Origin: the human T2T-CHM13v2.0 reference genome, Homo sapiens
NCBI RefSeq assembly: GCF_009914755.1
Contig: NC_060929.1
Length of the DNA: 64,000 bases
Direction: 5' to 3' (one strand)
In this document: positions 44,918 to 64,000 of the stretch, one piece after another
How positions within the stretch are numbered: the first letter of the stretch is position 1
Layout of the letters: each line of letters opens with the position of its first letter
The notes under the pieces: model-generated
What the model was told of the DNA's origin: nothing
What the model saw: only the letters and a program-made list of their open reading frames with translations
Database searches by the model: none
Program-made: the position numbers and the translations under genes

Positions 44918-46533
44918 ATTACATTTCATGTACCCAGCCTACATGAAATATCCTTTCTGAGGGTTGAGCTTGGCACACAGACAGGGCCTGGTGAAATGGT
45001 GGGTGGGGACCGAGGGGCCTCACCACGGTGTCTTTTGATGGCCTGGCTTTCTTTGCTTTGATGTGCACCGGTTCTTCAGGCCTGGCTCAATGTAGTCCCC
45101 CTGGTTCATGTTTAGAAGGCAGACTTTCTCAGTGTCTCTGTCCAAACTCTAACAATCTAAACAGCATGGCTCTCCCATGGCTTTTCTTCTTTGAGGTGAG
45201 AAGGCCTGAACCATAGCCTTCTATTCTGGTCCAGACAGCTGTGGATGGCCAAGGCGGGGAGGATAGGCGGGTTCTCTGAGGAGGGGATGTGGGTGGGGAG
45301 TAACTGGTATCTCTGCTACAATTCCCTACAATCTCCCACTCTGTTCTGGTCTATCTGGGTAATGAGCAAATTTCTGCTCCTTATCATCTTAGACTTTTAA
45401 TCTTAATAATTAACGCAATTATCTGCCAAACTACTTGTCAAACAGATTCTGTGAGAATTAGTGTCTAATTATTCTAACCTCTGGTTATTCACTCTAGAAA
45501 ATGACAAGCTCTGGGAGTACCTTTGGGGTTAGGTTCTTTCAGGGCAAAGATCTTGATAGAAAGACAGAGCAAAGTCCTTTTGGGTGTGGTTCTGTGTGCA
45601 GGTCTAAATATAGTTGCTTAGAATGGGCCTCAGGAAAATCCTGAAAGTGGGTGAGGTTTCTGTGTCTTCTTCTGGAACCCCTCTCACGCTTCCTGGCAAG
45701 TTATCCTGAAGACTTCCATTTGTATAGAGCTTTACAGTTTGCCAATAACTTGACGTAGATTATCTCCTCTCCTACTCACAAATACCCTGAGGAAGGTATC
45801 ATTACCATCATCATTTTATAGCTGAATTACTTTATCATTTTATAATCAAAGATACTGGGCTCATTCAACAAATATTTATAGAGTAAACCAGGTGTCAGGC
45901 CCAGTGGAAACACAACGATGAAAGAACAATACCCAGGTCCTCCCTTCAGGGAGGCCAGCAGAGAATACTAATCTCAAGCAGGAAGTGACAGCACAGCACT
46001 AGGCTAGGATGCCTCGTAGAAGGACCAATGATCCCAGAATGGAACAGCTTTCTGCAGGAGTCATTGCCTGATTTTTTATAGGACCATGGTTAGTAAGATA
46101 ACAAGAGCTACAGGAAAAGCATTCTAGGCCATCCCGTTCATTCTTATTTGACCTCTCAAAAAGGAGATCTACCAATTCAAATGAATTTCCAATGGTGGCA
46201 TTTTGGATCTTAAAACCAAAAGAGGTCGTTGGAGCAGGCAGTGTGTGGGGTAGTGTGGGCCCAGACATGTCCTCCTGCAGTCCCCAGGTTGGCTATGCCT
46301 CCTTGCAGGGACTGCAGACCAGCCTCTGGGACACTTTGCTGAGTAGGCCTGACAACTGTGGCCTCCTCTTCTGAGGCAGAGCATGCAGTAACTCCTCATT
46401 CCTCCCCTCAATGAGAGATCTCATTACACCACATAGAGGGCAGCCCTTCTGGAAGTGACAACCAGGGAAACGGAGTCAAAGCTCTTCAACTGCAAAGGCG
46501 TAGTCTAATACACACAAGTACCAAGAAGTGTTA

Positions 46534-46863
46534 CAGGTTGAGCATCCCTAATCCAGAAATCCAAAATCTAGAAAGCTCCAAAATCTAAACTTTTTAAAGT
46601 GCTGACATGATGCTTTGCTTTCTGATGGTTCAGGGTATACAAACTTCGTTTCATTTCCAAAAAATTTTTAAAATATTCTATAAACTTACATTCAGGTTGT
46701 ATGTATAAGGCATATATGAAACATAAGTGAATTTCATGGTTAGACTTAGGTCCCATCTCCAAGATATCTCATTATGTATATGCAAAAATTCCGAAGTCTG
46801 AAAAAAATAAAAAATCTAAAACACTCTGGTTCCAAACTTTTTGGATAGGGGAGATTCAACCTA
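46534..46863. mobile_element. Tigger4/MER46-like DNA transposon MITE
   Basis: Terminal inverted repeats CAGGTTGAGCATCCCTAATCC ... GGATAGGGGAGATTCAACCT, preceded by TA. Confidence 0.88.
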
Positions 46864-48247
46864 GCAATTGTTTGTGGTCAGAGGTGAGAGTTCAATCCAG
46901 GACAACTTTTCCTGTTTCTCTGACCTCCCTAAAGAATACATGGAACCTGAATCTCCCCTGCAGAGGTGCAAAGGCAGCTAATACCCCAGGGCAGCAAACA
47001 GATCTCCAGAATTTTCCGCAAAGAGACTAGTTCAGCATCTCCAGGGATTGTCAGGCATTTTTACCACTGCACGCTTTTGATTTTTCTCTCAACTGAGCAC
47101 AACAGAAAATTATTTTGAGGAAAAAAATATATCACTTCAGCCATGCTAACTCCCCTTTAAAGCCATCTGGGATACCAAAATGGGTGAGATAAGTGTAAAA
47201 TAATTTTAAAAGATGCCATTCCTAGAAATAGTACAGAACTGCTTCCTTATGTGGCTTGTTGGTGGCCAGGGGTCTGCAGGCTGTCCTGGATCCAGGCCCA
47301 GGAAGTGACTCAGATGTGGCAAAGAAGCCATGTTGTTGAAGAACATCCCGGGGCTGGATTTGGGAAAGGCACATATTCGATGATGACATAAATTCTGGTC
47401 TTGTGCACATATTGTTTTGCAAAATCCAGGCATGAGATCATTTGGCTTGAATATATTCTCTGAGGGTTTCTCACAGACAAACACAGTTATCTGAATTGAG
47501 TTAGACCAGGGGAAAGGCATTTTAGGGATTATCTGATTGTACATGTAGACGTTTAAGCGTTTCTCAGTCAGGACAAAAACCAAGGGTTTTCTATTTGCTC
47601 TCTGGAGGAAAAGCCCACGGATCTCTTATCATGTCATCTTTTTCTACTGCTTTATGGAGAAGAACTTACAATGTTTTCTCCAAATCACTGGATAAAAAGA
47701 AAGAACAGCTGTTGCTCTTCTTTCAGGCAGCATTTATTTGACTAGATGAGTGGTTGGTTGGTTTTGTTTAGTTTCTTGTTTTAGATAATTCAGAAGAATA
47801 AGAGCCTCTAAGATTACTCACAGTTTTAACTAGGACTTTCTACTGCAAGTGGGAGGTCATGAATAATACTCGCTTTAGAGAAGCTGTAGTGCCTCTTTCC
47901 AGAAGAGACTGGTTTGACACATCACACCCTTGTGGTGTTTCTGACCACTTACATCAGAATCACCCCAGGGAAACCAGTTAAACCACACATATCTGGACTC
48001 CACTCCAGAGAGCCTCAGGGAGGGATCATGGGCCCAGGAATCTGCAGGTGTTTCTGATGTCCACCACACTTGCAATCCATAGCCCTACCAATGCCAAAGA
48101 AAGTGGTCATTTTCTCATTCTGCCACATCCTTTGCTTGATTCTGCTCAGAATTTTTTCTTAATATAACAACTAAGTCCAAAATATTACCACTCAACAGAA
48201 AGGTACAACAAATTCAGGCCCATTAACAGTGTGAAATACTAAAGGGC

Positions 48248-48593
<346 letters not shown>

Positions 48594-49606
48594 TCATCAG
48601 TTTCTTGAGTAGAAGAGAGAGAGCAGCAAGTGTCCTAAGGCAGACTTGCAGGCCAGAGGGGAAAGGAGATACCTCAGAGTCTTGTGCAAGAGGCCAGGTA
48701 GGGCAAGTTTTATCTTTTTTTTCATCTGCAAAATGTTTAGAGTCATCTTCTGCAATCAAGAGGCTTGCAAATAAGGACAGACTCAGAAAGGCTCAGAAAT
48801 ATTCTCAAGAAAGAAGGAAGGAGCAAATTTTATGAAATCCTGAGAAGATGGATAAAGAATGTACACCCCCATATTTGGAATACTAGAAATGGGGGAATGC
48901 CCATTGAAATTTGAAAGACATTTTAGGTGTATAGAAATGCAATGACTGAATAACACAACTGGTCATAAACTTAAGGTAATTATTATCTCAATAGATATTC
49001 CAGATTGGAACTACAAATACATTCAAGAAATATTTTAAAATTTAGGGATTATAGATCTCTATCAGGTTATTAAGGTAACTGGTGATAGATGAGATGCATG
49101 CCTCACTTTAAGGCTGATTTCCTTGGAGAATAATAGATATATACCAGCAATTTTTCTTGGGGTCACACCAAAATACGGTATTTCTAGGGTTTTCATGTCC
49201 TTAGTTGTTTGGGGTATACATCTGTTGCATGGCAGCAGCCGTATAACAGGACATGAATTTCAATTCTATTTTTCCTGCTTACTAGCTGTGAAATGTTGGG
49301 TAACTTACTTTACCTTTTTGGGCCTCAGTTTCCTCATTTGTAAAATTAAATATCTATATGTATGTATTGCCATTATATATTTACCATATATACACACTAT
49401 ATATGTATTTTAAATTATATATATAATTTGTATATTATGTATATAATTTAAATATATATAATTTGAAATAAAGTGTGTACACACGGTAAATATGTAAATA
49501 TTATTTATGTATTTATTTACTTATTAAATATGTATTTATATAAATACATATTTAAATTATATATGATTTATTTCTTTATTTATATTATATATAATTTAAA
49601 TATATA

Positions 49607-49955
<349 letters not shown>

Positions 49956-50031
49956 TTATGTGGTACATATATATACCATTTAATTAAATGGTATGTACCT
50001 ATATATATACACATACTATTACAAGAAGAAT

Positions 50032-50210
50032 GACAAACCATCCTCCTGTAGCCACTAAATTACTGTGGTAAATTTAGCTTGTTGACCTACTGTAACATGT
50101 GAAATATACCGTGTTTCACATCAGAGGTAGATTAGTGCTGGTGTGGGATCAATGTGGTAGCTTGGTCTTCTTGGTACCAATTTCTTACATCTTTATTGTA
50201 ATCACATTTT
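50032..50210 (+). repeat. Diverged direct repeat, copy 1 (copy 2 at 51097-51289)
   Basis: About 80% identity by eye; shared 34-nt perfect block CTTGGTCTTCTTGGTACCAATTTCTTACATCTTT. Confidence 0.9.
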
Positions 50211-51096
50211 TATATATGTATTATATATGTATATATAAAATACTTTTTATAGAATGATCATAAGAATGAAATATATGATCATGTTTGTGAAAGTGACTGT
50301 CATGAGGTGGGTGGGTAATCTGTGAATGCTTCTGAATCATGACATTTCAGGCTGAGTTCTAGGGGAAACATGTTCTGTACATTTGGCCACACATCATAAT
50401 TTTAGACCATACAGTAAATAGCGAAATGTCTACACTAAAAATATGTAGAAAAAATTATACATGAATACACTTATCAATTGGCAAATTAAAAACACAACTT
50501 AATTCATTTATTTCTGAGTTTTAAAAACAATGTATGAGAAATGCTCTGACTTTGTTTAGCAGAAAAGTGACTTACTGAATAGAAAATGCTAAGTGTCTAC
50601 ACTTGAGAATCCACATTAACTAGATAAGTATGAAGGGCAGCTGTGTCAGAGGTCCCTTTCTCTCACCTCCTTATGTTGGAGGTGTTCCTCAACAGTTGAG
50701 GAAGAATTAGACTTCCTCCACAATACAGACAGGACCAGTACCTGAATTTCCAGGTTCTGAGAAAAAGAACATGACCTAGAAGCTTCGGCTGACTGTCTGG
50801 CATTCCTCATAAATTATGGAAGGCATAATTAATTCTTTTCCATTCTGAATACACATAACTTATCTGTTCTCAAATGCAACTTTGTACTTTATATTCTGTT
50901 CTCCCACGTGGTTCTAATGGAGAATGAAATAATTTATATTTTTATTGCAACTTTCCTGGTGCTGTCAAAAATTCCATTGTGTAAACAGCTTTTTAAATGC
51001 AATTGACAGAATCCCAACAAGAATTACAAGAGGCATGTGTGAACTCATGTGTCATCTAAGTAATCAACAGAAAGCAGATGTTTAGATGCAAACACA

Positions 51097-51289
51097 GACT
51101 AACCATTTTCTTGTGGCTACTAAATTACTGTGCTGAATTTGGCTTGCTGACCTACTGTGGTATGTGAAAAGTGCCATGCGTGCATGTTCTTTTTTATGCT
51201 GGAGGTATATTAGTGCTAGTTTGGGATCTATGTGATACCTTGGTCTTCTTGGTACCAATTTCTTACATCTTTTATTTTAATCGCATTTT
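51097..51289 (+). repeat. Diverged direct repeat, copy 2
   Basis: Aligns to 50032-50210 with about 13 extra nt in the middle. Confidence 0.9.
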
Positions 51290-52422
51290 AAAAATATTTC
51301 TTACATCCTTTATTTTAATATCTTTTTTTTTTTGCAATTTTTTCCTATCTATCAGCTTATTTTTTCCTGTGTAACACTAGAAAAAGGAAATTAGGAGTGC
51401 AGTTCCAAGATGGCCAAATAGGAACAGCTCCAGTCTACAGCTCCCAGCGTGAGTGACGCAGAAGATGGCTAATTTCTGCATTTCCAACTGAGGTACCGGA
51501 TTCATCTCATTGGGGCTTGTCAGACAGTGGGTGCAGGACAGTGGGTGCAGACCACCAAGCGTGACCTAAAGCAGGGCAAGGCATCGCCTCACCCGGGAAG
51601 CGCAAGGGGTCAGGGAATTCCCTTCCTAGCCAAGGGAAGCTGTGACAGACGGCACCTGGAAAATCAGATCACTCCCACCCTAACACTGCACTTTTCCAAT
51701 GGTCTTAGCAAACGGCAAACCAGGACATTATATCCTGTATCTGGCTCGGAGGGTCCCATGCCCATGAAGCCTCACTCATTGCTAGCACAGCATTCTGGGA
51801 TTGAACTGCATGGCAGCAGTGAGGCTGGGGGAGGGGCACCCGCCATTGCTGAGGCTTGAGGAGGTAAACAAAGCAGCCGGGTAGCTCGAACTGGGTGGAG
51901 CCCACCGCAGCTCAAGGAGGCCTGCCTGCCTCTGTAGACTCTACCTCTGGGGGCAGGGCATAGCCAAACAAAAGGCAGCAGAAACTACTGCAGACTTAAA
52001 TGTCCCTGTCTGACAGCTTTGAAGAGAGTGGTGGTTCTCCCAGCATGGAGTTTGAGATCTGAGAACGGACAGACTGCCTCCTCAACTGGGTCCCTGACCC
52101 CTGAGTAGCCTAACTGAGAGGCATCCCCCAGTAGGGGCAGATTGACACCTCACACGGCCGGGTACCCCTCTGAGATGAAGCTTCCAGAGGAACGATCAGG
52201 CAGCAACGTTTGCTGTTCAGCAATATTCGCTGTTCTGCAGCCTCCGCTGCTGATACCCAGGCAAACAGAGTCTGGAGCGGACCTCCAGCAAACTCCAACA
52301 GACCTGCAACTAAGGGTCCTAACTGTTAGAAGGAAAACTAACAAACAGAAAGGACATCCACACCAAAACCCCATCTGTACGTCACCAGCATCAAAGACCA
52401 AAGGTAGATAAAACCAAAAAAG

Positions 52423-53439
52423 ATGGGGAAAAAACAGAGCAGAAAAGCTGAAAATTCTAAAAATCAGAGTGTCTCTCCCCTCCAAAGGAACGCAGCTCCT
52501 CACCAGCAATGGAACAAAGCTGGACGGAGAATGACTTTGACGACTTGAGAGAAGAAGGCTTCAGACGATCAAACTTCTCTGAGCTAAAGGAGGAAGTTCA
52601 AACGCATCGCAAAGAAGCTAAAAACCTTGAAAAAAGATTAGAAAAATGGCTAACTAGAATAACCAATGTAGAGAAGTCCTTAAATTACCTGAGAGAGCTG
52701 AAAACCATGGCACGAGAACTATGTGACAAATGCACAAGCTTCAGTAGCTGATTCGATCAACTGGAAGAAAGGGTATCAGTGATTGAAGATCAAATGAATG
52801 AAATGAAGCGAGAAGAGAAGTTTAGAGAAAAAAGAGTAAAAAGAAAGGAACAAAGCCTCCAAGAAATATGGGACTATGTGAAAAGACCAAATCTACATCT
52901 GACTGGTGTACCTGAAAGTGACAGGGAGAATGGAACCAAGTTGGAAAACACTGTGCAGGATATTATCCAGGAGAACTTCCCCAACCTAGCAAGGCAGGCC
53001 AACATTCAGATTCAGGAAATACAGAGAATGCCGCAAAGATACTCCTCGAGAAGAGCCACTCCAAGACACATAATTGTCAGATTCACCAAAGTTGAAATGA
53101 AGGAAAAAATGTTAAGGGCAGCCAGAGAGAAAGGTTGGGTTACCCACAAAGGGAAGCCCATCAGACTAACAGCTGATCTCTCGGCAGAAACTCTGCAAGC
53201 CAGAAGAGAGTGGGGGCCAATATTCAACATTCCTAAAGAAAAGAATTTTCAACCCAGACTTTCATATCCAGCCAAACTAAGCTTCATAAGTGAAGGAGAA
53301 ATAAGATCCTTTACAGACAAGTAAATGCTGAGAGATTTTTTTCACCACCAGGCCTGCCCTAAAAGAGCTCCTGAAGGAAGCACTAAACATGGAAAGAAAC
53401 AACCGGTACCAGCCACTGCAAAAGCATGCCAAATTGTGA
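52423..53439 (+). pseudogene. L1 ORF1 (RNA-binding protein), disrupted
   Basis: ORF track fragments EQSWTENDFDDLREEGFRR.. and QSLQEIWDYVKRPNL..YPAKLSFISEGE; stops at 52749 and 53322. Confidence 0.92.
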
Positions 53440-53502
53440 AGACCATTGAGGCTAGGAAGAAACTGCGTCAACCAACGAGCAAAATAACCAGCTAACATCA
53501 TA

Positions 53503-57305
<3,803 letters not shown>

Positions 57306-57598
57306 ACAATGAGAACACATGGACACAGGAAGGGGAACATCACACACCGTGGCCTGTTGTGGGGTGGGGTTGGGGAGGGATAGCATTAAGAGATATACCT
57401 AATGTAAATGATGAGTTAATGGGTGCAGGACACCAACATGGCACACATATACATATGTAACAAACCTGCATGTTGTGCACATGTACCCTAGAACTTAAAG
57501 TATAATAATAAAAAAAAGAAAAAGGAAATTACTAAAGGACATTATTATCTTATAATTTCTATTTTCTAATTAAATCATATCTTACAAAATTTATCCTT

Positions 57599-57900
57599 GG
57601 CCAGGTGCAGTGGCTCATGCCTGTAATCCCAGCACTTTTGGAGGCTGAGGCAGGTGGTTCATGAGGTCAGTAGTTCAAGACCAGCCTGGCCACAATGGTG
57701 AAACCCCGTCTCTACTAAAACTACAAAAATTAGCCAGGCGCAGTGGCAGGTGCCTGTAATCCCAGCAACTCAGGAGGCTGAGGCAGGAGAATCACTTGAA
57801 CCAGGGCTGTGGAGATTGCAGTGAGCCGAGATCGTGTCACTACACTCCAGCTTGGGTCACAGAGTGAGACTCCATCTCAAAAAAAAAAAAAAAAAAAAAA
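57599..57900 (+). mobile_element. AluS SINE
   Basis: Full Alu with poly-A. Confidence 0.94.
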
Positions 57901-58542
57901 TTCCTCTAAAACTTTCACTGGTGGTAAATATTTATATAATACTTGACAATTTATAATGTTCAGTTTTTCCTTTGACCTTTACATCAACACTGTGAGAAAG
58001 GCAGGGTAAGAATGGCTACCTCCACCGCCACCCTGACCCCCATTTTACAAATTAGGAAACTGAAGTTAGAAATTCTAGAAAGAATGTAAAATGACTTGCT
58101 GGTTGTTCATTCTAAATAACTACAAATATCTTTTTTCAATGACAAAACGTCCTTTTTCAGCTTCCTGTGGTTTTCTTGAGTTCTAAATTATTACCCAAAA
58201 GAAACCCTAAAGAAGTGAAGTTCATAGTACATGTTCTCATATGTTTAAACCCTACTGCAACAAATACTATTATAAAGAAGTTAATGAAAATAATAAGAGT
58301 AACATGTTAATCATGATTATTATATATCAGGTAATGTATTAAGTGCTTTATGTGTTTCATCTCCTTTAATCCTTACGACTTCTCTAAGCAGAGAGGAATT
58401 ATTATCTCTGTCTTACAAATAAGGGAAATACATTTGGAGAGATCTAGCCACTTGTCCAAAATCATGGACACAGTATTGTTGAATTTTGTAACAGACCCAG
58501 CTCAATCTGACTCCAAGCCCAGAACTCTTAAGAAGTGCTTTA

Positions 58543-58935
<393 letters not shown>

Positions 58936-58944
58936 TCAAAAAAA

Positions 58945-59216
58945 TTCAGTAGTATATTGCTGGTGCAATTGCAAAATGATACTGCCACTTTGAAAAACAG
59001 CTGATCAATCTCTTGATTGACAAAGAGTAAGCATACACCTTGATAAAGGTAAGCATACACATAGCATATGACACAGCAATCCCATTCCTGGGTATTTCCT
59101 CAAGAGAAATGAAAACACATGTCTGCAGCAAGACCTGAGTTGGAATATTCATAGTAGCTTTATTCATGATAGCTCCAGACTGGAATAACCCAAATGTCTA
59201 CTAACTGATGAATGGA
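58945..59216 (+). mobile_element. Old L1M ORF2-end fragment
   Basis: ACAGCAATCCCATTCCTGGGTATTT..AAGAGAAATGAAAACA..ATATTCATAGTAGCTTTATTCAT..AACCCAAATGTC. Confidence 0.8.
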
Positions 59217-59817
<601 letters not shown>

Positions 59818-60689
59818 CTAAGGGATGATGAGAACCCTTGGGAGAGGCTTATTCAAACTGCAGGTCCCTCTCTTGAAGATTCGGACTTAGGAGGTCCAGA
59901 ACTCCTCTGTGGAGTCCAGGATTCTGCAGTTTAAATAGGCTTATGAGGGATTACAATCAGGGGAATTTGGGTAACAGTACAGAAAAACAAACCTGCTTAT
60001 AACCAAGGAACCAGGCTATCCGGTGGGATTTATAGGGGTATTTGCCCAATCTGAATCTGTAATTTGAAGCTGCTTTAAGGACACACAACAAAGTCTCTTT
60101 ATGATCCCTGTTATGAAGCAATTACTATTGCTCTGGGACTCAGCTGAGTCTCCTCCTGCAGGAGCTCCATTCAAAGTGGCTGATGTGCTGGGTGTGCCAG
60201 GACAAGACTAAAGAAGCTCCTGGCTTGTACAGATCCACTGTGGCCCTTCACAAGGTGGGTGTAAGGCAGAGTCTCAGCTGTTTTCTGAGCAGCAGCTTCC
60301 AAGCACACACTGAAGACACCCACCCAGCCTATGCCCCTTTATGAGGCTGAACCAGTGCCTCAAGTAGGAAAAAAGCTTAGAAACTGAAGGGAGAAGTACA
60401 CTTAATATTCTCAAAACAGGTATTGATCTTTTTTAAAATTTCTTTTTTCAGGAAAACTTTAGCCAGGAGTAGAATGAACGTCAGATAAATATCTCGAAAT
60501 AGCTGAAGAGTGCTCATGTGGAAGACAGAATTGGCCTTTCCCCGTGCTCTCCTGAGGGACAGAGGTTTGGCTTTTGCCCCATGCTCCTGAGTGGGTAGAA
60601 GCTATGGAGAGGGGGTATTTTGGGCTTGACAAAAGGAAGAACAAATAGAAAGAACAAGGAATTACAGCCAGACCAGCTGCTGCTTACCT

Positions 60690-60850
60690 GCTGGCCCTGC
60701 CCTCACTCACTCACTGTGGGAACTTGGGCAAGCAGTTAAGCTCTCTGCATTTCCTCATTTGCAAAATGGAAATAACAACATTTGCAGGGCTGTGGCAGGG
60801 ATTAAATGAATTATTTGTAAAGCTCTTAGCAGAGTGCTGGGCACATAATC
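60690..60850. mobile_element. MIR SINE
   Basis: ACTTGGGCAAG..TTTCCTCATTTGCAAAATGG..GGATTAAATGA..AAAGCTCTTAGCAGAGTGCTGGGCACATA. Confidence 0.75.
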
Positions 60851-61558
60851 AGAGCTCCATATGGGGTAGATTATAAAAATAAGAACAGTCAAGGCTGAGA
60901 AAGGTGAAGGGGTTGCCTAAAGTGGAAGTCAGTTTCCCATCACCACAGGTGTGCAAGCACAGTCTCCACTCACCCTTAGGAAGGGATGAGTGAGCAGCAG
61001 GGAGAGGTCTAAGCATCACTTGAGTGGTTGGATAGGGAAACATTTGAGCAATTTTATGGCTCTTAGAGAAGGTAGGGAACATATTTTTGTGCTTATAAAA
61101 AAATTGTTCTTTTGCTTTTACTGAAAACATTTACTCTCTCTATGCGGCCAGCCTTTAACCTTTGAGTTTAAAAATCTGAGGCCTCATGATTTCTACTGGG
61201 AAGTTAAGACATTACACAATGTTCACTCCTATTCCATCTTTAATAACAAAGCTTGGAATGTGAATCCCAAAACAAAGTTATGGCAAAATACATACCAGAA
61301 TAGCAAGGAAAATAACCATACAGAAGTTTTGATGGACATGCCCACTGCATAAACAATGCTGTTACCTCTAGAACATTTAAGGAAACAGTATTATCTGTGA
61401 GTCTTGGGATGCTGGAACTGTAAGTTTTCCTAAATGCATCATACAGATGCCCCAATGTTTGCAAAAATTGGAATAAAGGTAAAAGGAAAACAGTATGGAC
61501 TTCCTGTAAGCCTACTGAAAATTTGTGTCAGATATTTTAAATTAAAAATAGTACATTA

Positions 61559-61848
61559 GGCCAGGTGTGGTGGCTCATATCTGTAATCCCAGCACTTTGG
61601 GAAGCTGAGGCAGGTGGATCACCTGAGGTCAGGAGTTTGAGACCAGCCTGGCTGGTGAACATGGTGAAACCCTCTACTAAAAATACAAAAATTAGCTGGG
61701 CGTGGTGGCACACATCTGTAATCCCTGCTACTCAGGAGGCTGAGACATGAGAATAGCTTGAACTCAGGAGGCAGAGGTTGCTGTGAGCCAAGATCTCATC
61801 ACTACACTCCAGCCTGGGTGACAAAGCAAGATTCTGTCTCAAAAAAAT
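61559..61848 (+). mobile_element. AluS SINE
   Basis: TSD AAAAATAGTACAT at 61544-61556 and 61849-61861. Confidence 0.94.
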
Positions 61849-61985
61849 AAAAATAGTACATGCATTTATATCTCTTCTGTCCAAAAGACCACCAGTCAAG
61901 ACATATGAAAAATGTATATATATGTATGTTATTATAGTCCAAAGAAGAGGAGGCAACAGCCACTTAGAATTATAAAAGTTCTGAA

Positions 61986-62125
61986 GCTGGCACAGTGGCT
62001 CATGCCTGTAATTTCAGCACTTTGGGAGGGTAAAGTGGGAAGATTACTTGAAGCCAGGAATTCAAGACCAGTCTGGGCAACATAGTGAGACCTCTGTCTG
62101 TACAAAATATAAAGTAAAATAAAAT
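61986..62125 (+). mobile_element. FLAM / Alu monomer
   Basis: Single left-arm-like monomer followed by an A-rich tail. Confidence 0.82.
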
Positions 62126-62849
62126 ATTTCAAAAAAGTGGATATAGGAGTAGTGACTGGTAGAACAGAGCTGAGAAAGCTGAAATCTAAGAACTTTCAAA
62201 GAGAGGCATCAATGAGAAGCAAGCCAGTTCACACTACAGAAAACTAGGATATCTCAGGAATTAAGAGTGTTAGGTATTTTGGAAAATGTAGGTTAATTAT
62301 GGAAATAAAAACAGAGGACTGGTTGAAAGTTATGGAAAGAGAATTTATAATGCCATGTTTTCCCCTCCCCCACCCAGCAGGGAACTACTCCTTCCACCCC
62401 CACCAACACTCCCACCCCCGTAGTCTGGAAATTACACACTTATTCTCTGAGAAAAGTGGACATAAGAGGCTCTCTATTCTGGGACATCAGCACATCTTAG
62501 ATCTTAGGGAAGGGTGGAAGGGAGATGTTCCACTGAAAATAGGAAGATGGAGTAAAAGTTTGAGTAGTAAACTAAGAGTCCCTCAGTCTCTTTCTCTACT
62601 GGAAAACAAATGGCAGCCAGTAAAGTAGCACACAGGTGGAAGACTGGAGTCTTTTTCTTTGAAAGAAATGTGAAGATTCCAAAGAAAAGGTCTACAAACC
62701 CTGACATTTTAGGACCTGCAATTAAAGAACAGCTTACCACTTGATCTCTCTAGAGCAGGGACTGCCATTAAACAACTATCAATGAGCTCCATAATATGTC
62801 ACTATTAAATTTGATCAGACAATTAAGGTCAGCAGATTCCTCCAAGATA

Positions 62850-63680
62850 AAAGACAAAACAAAACACACAAGAAAAGAAAAAAAGGATCTAGAGGAAATA
62901 GAGATATTACAGAGAGCAGAATATTAAAAGAATTCTAATATCCTCCAAAAAATGGGAGAAAACATGAAACAAGAATAGGGTGTTATGAAAAAACAATTTG
63001 AGTATTGAAAAAGTGCCCTTGATAGCTGAAATAAAAATTCAACAGAAAGATTGGAAGATAAAATATCTCCCAGAGAGTTGATGAAAAAGACAAAAAATAG
63101 GCAATAGGAGAGAAAATATCAAAAAAGTTAGAGTCAATCTAGAAAGTTCTATATCTGACTAATAGGAGTCAAGAAAGAGAGACCAGAAAAAAATAAAGGA
63201 AATTATTAAATATATAATAAAAGATATTTCTCAGTATTTAATGAAATCATTCTCCAGATTGAACATGAGAACTGTATGCCCAACCTAATGAATGAACAAG
63301 GTTCACCAAGTCACATTATTTTAAATTATGATGGAAATTACACTGAAAATAAAGAGTAGATCCTAAAAATTTCCAGAGAAAGCAAAATAGTGCGGGAAAA
63401 AAGTGAAAATTTAAAGAGTAGGAAACAGAATACTATCGGATTTATCAACAGCAACATCAGAACTTAAAAGACAATAGAGCTACCAAAATTATAAGTCAAA
63501 GAGATATAGAATTCTATGCCCAAACAAACTGTCAAGTATGAGGGTAAAATGACATTTTAAGACATCCTAGGTCTCAAAAACTTTACATTTCAGCAACTAC
63601 TAAAAATGTGCTACACCAAAATGAGGGTATAAAACAAGAAAGAGGAACACGTGGGATTCAGAAAATGGGATCTGTGCAGA
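62850..63680 (+). mobile_element. Highly degenerate L1 ORF1-like region (HAL1 or L1ME-type)
   Basis: A-rich, with ORF1-like motifs ATCTGACTAATAGGAGT, CTCCAGATTGAA, AAACAGAATACTATCGGATTTATCAACAGCAACA. Confidence 0.6.
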
Positions 63681-63699
63681 CCTAGAAAGGCACTGCTCA

Positions 63700-64000
<301 letters not shown>

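Overview
Primate (human-like) genomic DNA, rich in interspersed repeats, with no intact protein-coding ORF that I can support. A CpG-island promoter lies at about 17.3-18.85 kb. It has a strong minus-strand splice donor, implying a non-coding first exon of a gene transcribed leftward, so 1-17.9 kb is probably intronic; I cannot name the gene. That region holds a disabled processed HMGB1 pseudogene with an Alu in its 3'UTR. The right 45 kb is repeat-dense upstream or intergenic DNA: about 25 Alus (two Alu-in-Alu nestings), a full-length dead L1PA5-like element with a 15-bp TSD, an L1PB1-like fragment, L1MB pieces, a THE1 solo LTR (an MLT1 LTR lies in the intron), Tigger/MER2/Charlie DNA-transposon relics, MIR and L2. 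Three structures are not explained by ordinary repeat annotation. (1) A ~98.5% identical 265-bp copy of unique local DNA sits in the microsatellite of the L1PB1. (2) A second, older ~180-bp local copy sits inside a (TA)-rich tract; together with (1) this suggests recurrent templated repair at TA/TG microsatellites. (3) An unusually long ~75-bp direct repeat flanks the L1PB1. Repeat subfamily calls come from remembered diagnostic positions, not from a RepeatMasker run.
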